Below, one piece after another: positions 9,755 to 19,545 of a stretch of 55,710 bases of DNA; position 1 is the stretch's first letter, and each line of letters starts with the position of its first letter. Location: positions 1 through 55,710 of the IMG/VR virus record IMGVR_UViG_3300036987_000045. One strand, given 5' to 3'. This DNA comes from a virus (taxonomy: Duplodnaviria > Caudoviricetes). Under the pieces are notes generated by a model. It was not told the origin of the DNA, did no database searches, and worked only from the letters and a program-made list of their open reading frames with translations. The position numbers were made by a program, and so were the translations under genes.

Positions 9755-10687
9755 ATGCGCCGCACACTGGTAGAATTTGAAGTCACAATGGAACAACTTG
9801 CCAAGATGTTCAGTGGCTCCAACGAACTAACTGTTCGCAGCTGGGAAAAAAGGTGGCTAGACAACGTGGTCGAAAACCTACGCACTGTAACTACACCTAG
9901 GCCCCTTAAGCAACTACTTACAAACGTCAACACTCATGTGGCGTTGTGTTGCGGCGCAGGTCCTTCCTTACGCAAACTGAAGAAACGGGCACCCCTCATT
10001 CCTCCTGAGTGGGGGGTGATCGCTTGTGATTACAGCCTGTTAGCGGTGCTTGAGGTTGGGATCAAACCCTTATTCGTAGTGACGATGGACGGGCATCAGG
10101 AAACCGAGCCAGCGGTTTTAGAGGGCTTTGCTCGCTTGGCTAAGGAGCATCCCGACGTACCAGTAATCGCTGACATTGTCTCCTGTCCCAGTGTCGTTGA
10201 GCAGCTTACCAACCCCTACTTCTTCCGTTCAATGGGGGAACACAGCAACACCCTTAACCGCTACGTCATGCAGCAGTGCCCTCAGATTGACCAAATAGGA
10301 CATGGGGGCAACGTCGGTTCGGTAGCATGTATCCTGGCCAAGTTTTGGTCCTTTGCCAGACACGTAGTCCTCATAGGCTACGACAGCGCCATGCGTGAGG
10401 GTACTTACAAAGAGAACTATTGGAACGGCAAGAACGGGGATGACGATAAGCAGTACGTCGAAGTGTGCGATGTCTACGGTCGCCCCATCATGACGATGGG
10501 CAACCTGCACAACTACAAGTGGTGGCTGGATCATTTCTGCTATATGAACAACGACGTCGAGTGGATCAACGCTAACGATGGCGGGTTCCTCGGCGTGTGT
10601 GGCCCGGATCGTAATTACAATCATTACACTTATTTACCTCTAGAGAAAGCTGTGGAGCACCTTAAGGACCACAGCATTGATGATTAG
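9755..10687 (+). CDS. Maf-family (motility associated factor, DUF115/MAF_flag10) glycosyltransferase
   Basis: ALCCGAGPSL, VIACD, GIKPLFVVTMD, GGNVGS, VVLIGYD and WINAN match the Maf/MptE-like signature series. Confidence 0.85.
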   Translation: MRRTLVEFEVTMEQLAKMFSGSNELTVRSWEKRWLDNVVENLRTVTTPRPLKQLLTNVNTHVALCCGAGPSLRKLKKRAPLIPPEWGVIACDYSLLAVLEVGIKPLFVVTMDGHQETEPAVLEGFARLAKEHPDVPVIADIVSCPSVVEQLTNPYFFRSMGEHSNTLNRYVMQQCPQIDQIGHGGNVGSVACILAKFWSFARHVVLIGYDSAMREGTYKENYWNGKNGDDDKQYVEVCDVYGRPIMTMGNLHNYKWWLDHFCYMNNDVEWINANDGGFLGVCGPDRNYNHYTYLPLEKAVEHLKDHSIDD

Positions 10688-10760
10688 GTTGTATGTCTGC
10701 TTTTAACTGACAACTGTCTGCATAAGGCAGACATAAACTGAATGATTAAGGAGCACGAAG

Positions 10761-11042
10761 ATGGCAACTACCTATACTGCAAGCGCTGCTAGCGGGTACA
10801 TGACCGATGTGATGGCCGATGTGATGATTGGTCCGTTCCGGTGTTTCACGGCCCACTACAGCTCTCCCAATGCAGCGACCGCATTGTTCACTCCGGGTAT
10901 GGCTAAGGTTGTCTTTGCCCATTGCCAGGACGCAGACCCGACCACATACCAGCAGACCGCCAATTCCATCGGCGGGATAAACTGTGAGTTCAGTGGGCTG
11001 GTAACTGGGTCAACTGGCTACGTATTCATCCTAGGATTCTAA
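10761..11042 (+). CDS. Small probable virion protein
   Basis: AAGGAG RBS; Thr/Ser/Ala-rich; lies in the head operon. Confidence 0.65.
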   Translation: MATTYTASAASGYMTDVMADVMIGPFRCFTAHYSSPNAATALFTPGMAKVVFAHCQDADPTTYQQTANSIGGINCEFSGLVTGSTGYVFILGF

Positions 11043-11043
11043 C

Positions 11044-11970
11044 ATGTCTCACGTATTACTAGGCGGAACTGGTACTCTAGGCAGAGCAATCACTAAGCTT
11101 TTACTAAGTACGACTCGCGATCGCATCAGGATTGTAGCTCGTAATGAGTACCAGATGGGACAGATGAAGCGTGACTTCCCAAACGACCGCCTAAGCTTCA
11201 TCATTGCTGACGTACGTGACGAAGACCGCCTCCGTCGGGTATTGAGGGATGCGGCCTACGTATATCATATGGCAGCACTGAAGCATGTACACACATGTGA
11301 GTACGATGTGCTTGAGGCGACTAAGACCAACGTTGAAGGCACAGCCAATGTCGTGCGGGCCTGTATAGACACAGGGGTCCTCAAGGCTGTCCTGGTCTCG
11401 ACAGACAAAGCAGTGGAGCCGACTACGTCCTACGGTGCGATGAAGATGGTAGCTGAGCGCATGTTTATCTACGGTAACAGTTACCGTGGCAGCAGCGGCA
11501 ACCCAGCCTTCCACTGTGTACGCTATGGCAATGTGCTTGGCTCCCACGGAAGCGTTGTGGAGGTTTGGCGACAGCGTCAAGCAGACGGAAAGCCCATTGG
11601 ACTATCCGATCCAGAGATCACCCGCTTCTGGTGGACACCCGAGGACGCCGCCGCTTTCGTTATACGCTCCATGGACATATGCAACGCAGGCGACGTACTT
11701 GTACCAATTATGCCCAGCTGCTCGCTAGCTCAGCTAGCTACCCTCATAGCGCCTAAAGCTAAACAGGAAAGGATTGCTGGGTATTCAACTGAGAAGACAC
11801 ACGAAGTACTCATTGCTCCATATGAGCTAGCCCAGACTACCGTTGTCGAGGATATGGCAGCTCTCCGTATCGCTTACCTTCATCCCACTGACGAGACGCC
11901 TTGGTCTGGCAGCTGCTTAAGTAGTCAGGCTGCTGTCTGCGTATCTGATGTTGCGAGGTGCTTAGCATGA
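11044..11970 (+). CDS. pseB: UDP-GlcNAc 4,6-dehydratase, PseB/FlaA1-like (Polysacc_synt_2 SDR)
   Basis: GGTGTLG, HMAALKHV, STDKAVEP, YGAMK, VRYGNVLGSHGSV, TRFW and EKTHE motifs. Confidence 0.9.
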   Translation: MSHVLLGGTGTLGRAITKLLLSTTRDRIRIVARNEYQMGQMKRDFPNDRLSFIIADVRDEDRLRRVLRDAAYVYHMAALKHVHTCEYDVLEATKTNVEGTANVVRACIDTGVLKAVLVSTDKAVEPTTSYGAMKMVAERMFIYGNSYRGSSGNPAFHCVRYGNVLGSHGSVVEVWRQRQADGKPIGLSDPEITRFWWTPEDAAAFVIRSMDICNAGDVLVPIMPSCSLAQLATLIAPKAKQERIAGYSTEKTHEVLIAPYELAQTTVVEDMAALRIAYLHPTDETPWSGSCLSSQAAVCVSDVARCLA

Positions 11971-12224
11971 GTTGGGTTAGATGTGGCTTTTGTTTATGGT
12001 TCAAAGAGGATGAAATTCCGATAGAACATTCTCTATCGGGTGATGGTGGCTGTTTGGTATTCTATCCCCACCACAAAGAGCCGCTATCAGTAAACTATAA
12101 TGATAGGTGCTCCCTTTGGACATGTCCTGTTTGTCTTCGCGATTATAAGAGAATACATGAGGATTGTATACCACAGTCTAAAGCGAGTAGACCTAAAGCC
12201 AAAAGGAAGCGTCGGAGAGAGTGA
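11967..12224 (+). CDS. Small Cys-rich hypothetical protein
   Basis: CxxC motifs; overlaps both neighbours. Confidence 0.55.
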   Translation: MSWVRCGFCLWFKEDEIPIEHSLSGDGGCLVFYPHHKEPLSVNYNDRCSLWTCPVCLRDYKRIHEDCIPQSKASRPKAKRKRRRE

Positions 12225-13135
12225 TGAGCTTCCGTTCAATGAAACTTGAGTTAATGAGCTTCATGCCTGAGATCAATGCTGTGCAAGCGGGCCTGCGCCT
12301 CAATCGCAGCTATCAGCATCTCTTGTCCTTGCACCCGTGGAGCTTCATCAAGGGTGAGGGCGTTACTAAGCTTGTTGGGACGGACACAACCGGAACCGTG
12401 TCAGTGACCAGTGGTACTGATACTGTGGCTGGAACGTCGACGACATTCGACTCTACCTACGTAGGACGCTTCATCAAGATTGACTCCAGTACCGTGTCCT
12501 ATGAGATCACCGCCTTCACTGCCCCACAAACGCTGACGCTTGAGGGTAACTTCAATGAGACTAGCGTAACCGATGGCGATTATGTAATCTATCAGCATCG
12601 CTATTCCAAACCCAGCGACTGCGCTGACATTATTGGTATACGCTATGACTGTGACATGCCTCAAATAACCAAGAGCTGGATCGACGCCATGGACCCCAAC
12701 CGCGAGTCTACTGGTCAGCCGCTCTACTGGCTTAACTACACCAACGCGCTTTGGGAAGTGTGGCCGGTTCCGGATGCAACCTACACGGTACGTCTGTGGT
12801 ACAACCGCAGCTTTGCCGACATGTCAGCCGAGACGGATACCTGTACCATACCCGAGAGTGTCGTCATTGCCCACGCTAAGCAAGAAGCGTGTCTGTACCT
12901 GGCTACGACACCCGGCACCGATCCCAAGGTAGCACAACACTACTTGCAGGTCTATACGCTTATGACGCAGGACCCAGGACCCACGAGCTTTCGTTCCCTA
13001 TGGCAAGCCGCGCTTGAGGAAGACACCCGCAAGCTGTCCCTGCCCAGGACCGTAATATCGGTTGGGCCGACCTATCCCGACAACAATGATTACCTAATGC
13101 GCCATGATGTAGGTGATCCCCGAGGTGCAAGATGA
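12221..13135 (+). CDS. Head-tail adaptor/tail tubular-like protein with an inserted Thr-rich beta domain
   Basis: HPWSF, YSKPSDC, GQPLYW and VWPVPD pattern of podovirus adaptor proteins. Confidence 0.65.
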   Translation: MMSFRSMKLELMSFMPEINAVQAGLRLNRSYQHLLSLHPWSFIKGEGVTKLVGTDTTGTVSVTSGTDTVAGTSTTFDSTYVGRFIKIDSSTVSYEITAFTAPQTLTLEGNFNETSVTDGDYVIYQHRYSKPSDCADIIGIRYDCDMPQITKSWIDAMDPNRESTGQPLYWLNYTNALWEVWPVPDATYTVRLWYNRSFADMSAETDTCTIPESVVIAHAKQEACLYLATTPGTDPKVAQHYLQVYTLMTQDPGPTSFRSLWQAALEEDTRKLSLPRTVISVGPTYPDNNDYLMRHDVGDPRGAR

Positions 13136-13488
13136 GTATCGGCAACGCTTGGCTTGGCAGCTTGGTGATGCAGAGTATTGATAATACTCAGGATCTAGCT
13201 ACTGGTAGCTTCACTATGACAACGCCGGTTCTCAGTGTTGCCAGCACAGTCGATTGGGCAACGGTGCGCATTGCCGATACGAGTGAGGTTATCTACATAT
13301 CTCTTACTCCTGCGGCTGGCGCAGCGTATTCCACCATTGTTTGGCAAGCTGAGACAAGCGGGCATAGTGCTTTCTTCTGGCAGCCCGACAGACCGCTGTT
13401 TCTGGCCCCTGGCGATTACCTTACCGTTAGGGTAACCAATGATAATACCAGCGGTACTGTCTACGGCAACATGCTGACGCTTTACTAG
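13132..13488 (+). CDS. Probable virion structural protein
   Basis: Beta-rich protein, translationally coupled within the structural operon. Confidence 0.6.
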   Translation: MSIGNAWLGSLVMQSIDNTQDLATGSFTMTTPVLSVASTVDWATVRIADTSEVIYISLTPAAGAAYSTIVWQAETSGHSAFFWQPDRPLFLAPGDYLTVRVTNDNTSGTVYGNMLTLY

Positions 13489-13497
13489 GAGGCGATT

Positions 13498-14160
13498 ATG
13501 CCAGGTTATATTGATGGAATGTCGCCACTTGTAGTCACAACGCTGGAAGCCACTGTCGTTGTGCAGTCGCCATATATTCAGGCTAGCGATACCGCTGGCG
13601 TCTTAGAGGTCCCTGACCCTGGTGTTGCTGATGAGCTGGCTGTTCTCAGTTCTGTACAGACTATGAGCAGCAAGACATTCCTCAATCCGGTCATCACCAG
13701 CGGTCTTTTGACTCAGCCAGTAGTGACTAGTGGCCTGTTCAGCGCCCCAACAATTGATACTGCCCTCATAAAGACCCCCGACATACGCATGACTGGTGGG
13801 GGCACGATGACAGGCGGCATTACGCACAATGTCATTGGGGGTACGCGTGTTGTAAAGACACAGGCTGCGGGAGCAACCAAGACCCTGGATCTGTCTACTG
13901 CCGACATATTTATCGTCGAGCTGACCCAATCCTGTACGCTGACCATTTCCAATGCTGGGTCAAGCAAGCTCTACCACGTCGTTGTTAAGCAGAACGTCAC
14001 AAACAGCTTTACAGGTATGAGCTGGATGACCGGATTTGTTAATCCCCTTGTTGCCAGCGGCCCCACACAGAGTACAAGTGCTGTGGACTTTTGGGAAGTG
14101 CTTTATGACGCACCAGCGGGTAAGCATTACGCCTTCGGTGCCAAGGATGTGCAGACATGA
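13498..14160 (+). CDS. Probable virion/tail protein (Thr/Ser-rich)
   Basis: GGAGG RBS; short xxPxI repeats and a C-terminal beta domain. Confidence 0.6.
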   Translation: MPGYIDGMSPLVVTTLEATVVVQSPYIQASDTAGVLEVPDPGVADELAVLSSVQTMSSKTFLNPVITSGLLTQPVVTSGLFSAPTIDTALIKTPDIRMTGGGTMTGGITHNVIGGTRVVKTQAAGATKTLDLSTADIFIVELTQSCTLTISNAGSSKLYHVVVKQNVTNSFTGMSWMTGFVNPLVASGPTQSTSAVDFWEVLYDAPAGKHYAFGAKDVQT

Positions 14161-16037
14161 GTTTGACTCTTATTCTTCCACGTAAGCTTGGCGAGGATGA
14201 TCTGGAGTGGGGAGATGGCTCCTTTACTTTCACCGATCCGGTCACTGGACTGCCCAACACAAAAGCCAGGATCAATCAAAGCACTGTTCCATATCCGGTT
14301 GATTCCTTTGATAGCCCTTATTGTTATTTCGTCCGTGGGGGTAGCGGGGACAATATACAGGATGCTATTACCGCGCTCGCTGGCACCAGCGCCTGTTTGG
14401 TCCTGGCGCGGGGAAACTGGGCCATCAACAGCGACCTAACTATTCCAGCCAACATCAGGCTTAGGATCAACAAAGGTACGCTGCTGTACATTGCCACTAC
14501 CAAGACGTTGACCTTTACAGGGACTCTGGATGCGGGGCGCTATCAAATATTCTCTCTAGTAGGAACCGGGGTCGTTGCCTTTGCTTCTAGTGAGACCGTG
14601 TATCCTCAATGGTGGGGAACCAATGTTACTGCTTCACTTAATTATGCTCTGGTCTCCGGAGCTGGGGTGGTTGATATTGGGGGAGACACCTATGTAATTG
14701 CCACTACTGTGCTATGGGACCTCAGCAAGTGTGACATGCGCGGGAATGGCGCGAAGTTTGATGCTACGGGTAACGCCGGGACTGCAATTCAGGTGTCTAA
14801 TGACAGCGCCGTAGCTAACGTCTTTTACCCCTGGAGCAGACGCAGAAGTGGGGGCTTTGAGATTGAGGGTGATAAGACTACCTATGCTGCCTGCGTGGGT
14901 TTAGAAGTTAATGGGTCTTATGAGATTTCCGGGTTAAGGTTGTATAATGTAGTAGCCCACGGATTCAATATTGCTCTTAATTTAGACCTGCCGTCATATA
15001 TCTATGGCTCGTCTTTCCGAGATTGTGCTTTTTATGATTCTGTCTATGCCTTCAAAGCAACACATGGCGGAGAAACGGTAACATTTGATAAGTGCTTATT
15101 CTTTAACTCTACCTATGGCTTTTATGTTGGCGACGAAGGCAAGTGGGTTCTTAATGATTGTCATATTGACTACAACAATCAAGCGGTTTATGCTGCTGGG
15201 TCAGCCAGGGTGACATTAAATGATCCTTTTATAGAGAGCAATGCAGATACGGACTACTGGCTCAAGTGTTCCGGGAGTTCTACTGCAATTACTTTGATAA
15301 ACGGGGTCATTGTCAATACTTGTGCCACCGCCAAGACTTACGAGATTGGCCTGGCCGATCAGTGTGGGGCTGAGGGGATTGTTGTCGATGGCACGTTACT
15401 GTCTGGATTTACGGCTGCAACCTACGGAGTTACCGATCTAATCAAGGTAACAGATTATACGGGGGCGGTGCAAATTCGAGGCTTACGTCCATTTATAACA
15501 AGCCCTGCCGCATATAATACAGCCAGGCTTATGCTGTCCTCTCACCTTAACTACTTGGCAGACGGTGGATTTGAAACTGCTTACACTACCGACTGGACCG
15601 CCTCAAGTGGAGCGGGGTACACTGCCCCAGCCCTGGATATTGTAGAGTTTCATGGCGGGGCTAAATCCCTCAAGTTTGCCCCTACGGTTGGCAATCAGAC
15701 TCAGATCATACGCTCTATTCCCTGCCGGGTCGGAGAATGGGGCCGCATGTCTTTTTGGCTAAAACAGGATTTATCCACTTCCACTGACACCTTCCGCATA
15801 GAGGCTGGTTATCTATCGGCGGACGGATCAGAGATACCCTACCATTCCAATGTCATTGACCTCAGCCAAGCGGGAACGCATTACGATGACTGGACGCACT
15901 TATGGATCACTCCGTATTACGTTGCCCCATCTGGCGCTGTATCAATTTACTTCAAGTTCAAAGTGGGGACTGCGGCCAGCGACGGCAATGGGGAGACCTA
16001 TATCGACGATGTCCAGATTAATATGTGGATTCAGTAG
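14157..16037 (+). CDS. Tailspike: right-handed beta-helix with a C-terminal carbohydrate-binding-like domain
   Basis: VYPQWWG, repeated pectate-lyase-like rungs, and a C-terminal NYLADGGFE...YIDDVQI CBM-like module. Confidence 0.8.
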   Translation: MSLTLILPRKLGEDDLEWGDGSFTFTDPVTGLPNTKARINQSTVPYPVDSFDSPYCYFVRGGSGDNIQDAITALAGTSACLVLARGNWAINSDLTIPANIRLRINKGTLLYIATTKTLTFTGTLDAGRYQIFSLVGTGVVAFASSETVYPQWWGTNVTASLNYALVSGAGVVDIGGDTYVIATTVLWDLSKCDMRGNGAKFDATGNAGTAIQVSNDSAVANVFYPWSRRRSGGFEIEGDKTTYAACVGLEVNGSYEISGLRLYNVVAHGFNIALNLDLPSYIYGSSFRDCAFYDSVYAFKATHGGETVTFDKCLFFNSTYGFYVGDEGKWVLNDCHIDYNNQAVYAAGSARVTLNDPFIESNADTDYWLKCSGSSTAITLINGVIVNTCATAKTYEIGLADQCGAEGIVVDGTLLSGFTAATYGVTDLIKVTDYTGAVQIRGLRPFITSPAAYNTARLMLSSHLNYLADGGFETAYTTDWTASSGAGYTAPALDIVEFHGGAKSLKFAPTVGNQTQIIRSIPCRVGEWGRMSFWLKQDLSTSTDTFRIEAGYLSADGSEIPYHSNVIDLSQAGTHYDDWTHLWITPYYVAPSGAVSIYFKFKVGTAASDGNGETYIDDVQINMWIQ

Positions 16038-16045
16038 GAGCAATA

Positions 16046-18553
16046 ATGAAGACTAGACTTCCAGGCGAAACTGTAATTACAATATCTCCTTCTGGTGGGA
16101 TGTTTGTTACTATACCCGGCGTGGGCGTGTTGGACATGAATATTCCTGGAATCAAATGGCTCCTCCGAGACGATTTCACTACGGCCCTCGGTGCTGGCAG
16201 TGTCAACGGCACCAACGCCGAGCCTGGGCCGGGGGTGAGGACGCTAACTGACACTAATAGCCTTGCGTCTATATCAGGTGGCAATGCTGTTATGACCGGT
16301 GCCAAGGGCGCGTCTACTTGGGGTGATCCGTGGTGGAGATATGCGAGTATTACCAGAAGTGCTGGTCAAATGTTTTTCTGGAAGGTTACATTACCGACCA
16401 CAGATAAGTTTAGGTACGTTGGATTTGGTTCCGGATCGACAACTTATCCCGCTATGTTTTATTTTTTAAATGATGGGACTTTTAAAGCGGCAAACAATAG
16501 CGGCGCTGGATCTGTAATTGGGACGTATGCAGCAAACACTTATTATATAGCCTTAATAGTTAAGGCGACTGGTTTTAAGTGGTATATAAAAGGAGGAATT
16601 TACACAAATTGGAGATATTTATACGACACAGTAATAAACACAGCAGCGCTAATTCCAGGTTGGGAAACTTATCAAACGTTAGACAACCTTCTTGTGGATT
16701 TTATACGCTTTCCAGCCGATAAATATCTATTTCCTCCTCTGATTTCTGATGGTTTTAGTATAGCAGGGATTTCAGATGGGTTGGCCCATGCTGAAGGTAT
16801 AGCAGGCGGCTTAGGTGCTGGTGGTGAAGGAGTAGCATGGCATTATCGTGACCCGTATCAGGATACTAAGACCTTGACACTCAAGGGTCAGTTGCATTGT
16901 CACAGCATACTAAGTGATGGAGATCAAACCCCCGCTGCCATAGTTACAGCTTATAGAGATGCGGGGTATGATTTTGTTGCCCTGACAGATCATTACGACG
17001 GAGCTATTTATCCAGATGTAGCAGATGATCCTGGAATTTCAGGAATAACCTTTTTGAAGGGTACTGAATCCGGCACTACCATTGGGGAAATGCTGTGCTG
17101 GAACATCACTACTGGCCGGACAGGTGCAGACCAGACGATAATAAATGCTTCCCTGGCAGAAGGTGGTTTAGTCGGCTGGCCTCATCCTGATCGGGGTGTG
17201 CCGATTACCCCAACAGTTACAAAGAACATTAGTCAGGGGATGCATTTACTTGAAGTCTACAATTACAAAGTTGTCATTGGTTTTAGTGAGGCCGAGGGCG
17301 ACGCTAGGGACCAGTGGGATAATCATCTAAGTGTAGGCAGGATTTGTTATGGCTTTTTTGCCGATGATTGTCACGATACTCCGAGCTTTGATCATGCTTG
17401 GGTAGTAGTCCATGCAGACAGCAATACTCCGGCAGCCATTATTGACGCCTTGAAAAACGGCAATTTTTATGGAACCCAGGGGCCGACCCTCACTCAGACA
17501 TTCGACAAGGCCACCGGAGTGATTACCGTAACCACCTCCGCTGCTTCTACCATTAGGTTTATTGGAGAGGGCGGAGCGGTGTTGCAGACCACTCCGAGTG
17601 TTACATCTGAGACTTATACTTTAGTCGGAACGGAACTTTATGTACGGGCAGAGGTCATCCGGGATAGTGATAGCAAATTAGCTTGTGGTCAACCCATCAT
17701 GCGAGACACTTGGAGTATTGCAGGAGGCAAGGCGTTAAACACTCCGCCCTTGAATGATGACGTTATTGTCAATGGTACTTTCGGCGCTGATACAGATTGG
17801 TCAAAAGATGCCTCATGGAGCATTGCTGCTGGTGTAGGCACTAAGGTAGCATCTGCCGACATTGAACGGATTTACCAAACAAACAAATTAACTCTTTATC
17901 AGGTTTATAAAGTAACCTGGGATATGTTAAACCGTACTGCTGGGGGTGCTTATCCAGCTCTATGCGCAAGTGGTGGACCTACACGGCAATTGGATGGGTC
18001 GTATGTTGATTATCAGATTACTGTGAACACAACGTTTAGCATTTATGGCAATGCAGCAGGAGCATTATCAATAGATAATGTAACTTGTCAAGAGGTTCCT
18101 TTGTCAAGTTGTATAAGAGGGGTAATTCAGAGCACCTCTGATACAATGGTCGAAGTTGATTTAACTGTTCCCGATGGGAGCTTTGGAGGACTTGCTTTAA
18201 ATTTAGACCATCCTGATTATCCGAGCAATTTTGTATTAATAACGGTAAGCAGGGAAAATGTTGCAAGAATAGTGGCCGCAAAGTATGTGAATGGCACACG
18301 GACACAACTATTCATCGCTACAATAACTTATGGTGCTGGTTATAAGTTAAGAGTAAGAAACATAGGGGGGACATATTATGTTTATTATAATAATCTATAT
18401 GTTAATAACGCTACTGTTGCCGATACAACCGTGATTGATAATTTATATATTGCTAAATTCAGTCCAGATAGCAATGTTCTTTTTGATAATTTTTTAAGTA
18501 ATCCTACTGGAGAGGGTGATGAGTTTGGGTTGTTTGATAAATTTATTCGCTAG
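16046..18553 (+). CDS. Multidomain virion protein with an internal PHP (CehA/McbA-like) metallohydrolase
   Basis: KGQLHCHSILSDG, YDFVALTDH, WPHP, LEVYN and DDCH motifs flanked by lectin/CBM-like beta domains. AGGAG supports ATG 16046. Confidence 0.8.
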   Translation: MKTRLPGETVITISPSGGMFVTIPGVGVLDMNIPGIKWLLRDDFTTALGAGSVNGTNAEPGPGVRTLTDTNSLASISGGNAVMTGAKGASTWGDPWWRYASITRSAGQMFFWKVTLPTTDKFRYVGFGSGSTTYPAMFYFLNDGTFKAANNSGAGSVIGTYAANTYYIALIVKATGFKWYIKGGIYTNWRYLYDTVINTAALIPGWETYQTLDNLLVDFIRFPADKYLFPPLISDGFSIAGISDGLAHAEGIAGGLGAGGEGVAWHYRDPYQDTKTLTLKGQLHCHSILSDGDQTPAAIVTAYRDAGYDFVALTDHYDGAIYPDVADDPGISGITFLKGTESGTTIGEMLCWNITTGRTGADQTIINASLAEGGLVGWPHPDRGVPITPTVTKNISQGMHLLEVYNYKVVIGFSEAEGDARDQWDNHLSVGRICYGFFADDCHDTPSFDHAWVVVHADSNTPAAIIDALKNGNFYGTQGPTLTQTFDKATGVITVTTSAASTIRFIGEGGAVLQTTPSVTSETYTLVGTELYVRAEVIRDSDSKLACGQPIMRDTWSIAGGKALNTPPLNDDVIVNGTFGADTDWSKDASWSIAAGVGTKVASADIERIYQTNKLTLYQVYKVTWDMLNRTAGGAYPALCASGGPTRQLDGSYVDYQITVNTTFSIYGNAAGALSIDNVTCQEVPLSSCIRGVIQSTSDTMVEVDLTVPDGSFGGLALNLDHPDYPSNFVLITVSRENVARIVAAKYVNGTRTQLFIATITYGAGYKLRVRNIGGTYYVYYNNLYVNNATVADTTVIDNLYIAKFSPDSNVLFDNFLSNPTGEGDEFGLFDKFIR

Positions 18554-18721
18554 GGGTAAAACAAGAGGAAGAAATGGCAGTCATCCGGGCCAAGCCGCTC
18601 TGGGATCAGTTTGACGGTTAAATGAGGGCGGCGCTCTGGTACAAGGCTAAGGAACGCGCCCAACGCCGGGCGATAAAAGAATTGGGCAGAAGCCATATTG
18701 CAAAGTAAGGGGAGAGGCAAA

Positions 18722-19105
18722 ATGGGTACCAGCAATATTGATTTCTCGCAGGTTGATTTCATTATTGGCGTAGCTTTTGGAGCCTGCACTTTAGCGTTGG
18801 TAGTGTTCTTTGCTGTAAAGATGAAGTTCATTAACTTTTCGGGGAATCATAGTAACTGTCCCATTCCGACAGCAACTATGGTATGTCCTGACCATAGCGG
18901 GATTACTGAGAACATAGGCTTCCTTTCGGGGGAGTGTAAGGCAATATGGAGTGAGGTCAAGGATATTAATTTGCGTCAAATAAATTTAAGGGAAAAGTTG
19001 CCTAAGGAGTACGTCAGCCGAGAAGATATGGCCGAGATCAAAGGCAGGCTGAAGACTATAGATGAGAAACTGGATGCTTATTTCTTACGCATCAGTCATT
19101 CTTAA
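18722..19105 (+). CDS. Single-TM protein with coiled coil (holin/antiholin-like)
   Basis: N-terminal TM segment; directly upstream of the endolysin. Confidence 0.55.
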   Translation: MGTSNIDFSQVDFIIGVAFGACTLALVVFFAVKMKFINFSGNHSNCPIPTATMVCPDHSGITENIGFLSGECKAIWSEVKDINLRQINLREKLPKEYVSREDMAEIKGRLKTIDEKLDAYFLRISHS

Positions 19106-19116
19106 GAGGTGCTACC

Positions 19117-19545
19117 ATGAATCCCCATCCTTGGTTGGAAATTGCTGAGTCAAAGCTAGGCGAACACGAGATCGCGGGAACCGCTGCCAACAGTTTCATC
19201 GTTGAGTGTTTGGAGTCCACTACTCTGGGAGCGCCCGATAATCAAAGTGACGAGACCCCGTGGTGCTCAGCGTTTGTCAATTGGTGTATAACTCAAGCTG
19301 GTCTAGAGGGTACTGATTCAGCTTGGGCACGCTCATGGCTAGAGTGGGGCAGAGAACCAGAGACCGACAATGAATGGGAAGGGGCGATATGTATCCTATC
19401 TCGGGGAGCGACCTCTGGGCATGTTGGGTTCGTCGTAGATTGGGATGAGGACAAAGTAAAGCTCCTTGGAGGGAATCAATCCGACTCGGTAAGCTATGCT
19501 TGGTTTCCCATGGAAAGGGTGTTAGGCTATCGTGTCCCAGCGTAA
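19117..19545 (+). CDS. Endolysin, TIGR02594-family (CHAP/NlpC-like peptidoglycan hydrolase)
   Basis: DETPWCSAFVNW, ARSWLEWG, GHVGF and LGGNQ motifs. Confidence 0.88.
   Translation: MNPHPWLEIAESKLGEHEIAGTAANSFIVECLESTTLGAPDNQSDETPWCSAFVNWCITQAGLEGTDSAWARSWLEWGREPETDNEWEGAICILSRGATSGHVGFVVDWDEDKVKLLGGNQSDSVSYAWFPMERVLGYRVPA

Noticed and set aside
9755-10687. 6-hydroxymethylpterin diphosphokinase (MptE) in pterin synthesis
   Set aside because: Shares the domain family, but there are no pterin genes, and the NeuB/PseF/PseB context supports a Maf transferase.
14157-18553. Diversity-generating retroelement targeting tail proteins
   Set aside because: No reverse transcriptase and no TR/VR repeat pair were seen.
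18554-18721. Structured ncRNA before the lysis cassette
   Set aside because: Only two very short ORFs and no convincing stems or known motif; may be a gene remnant.
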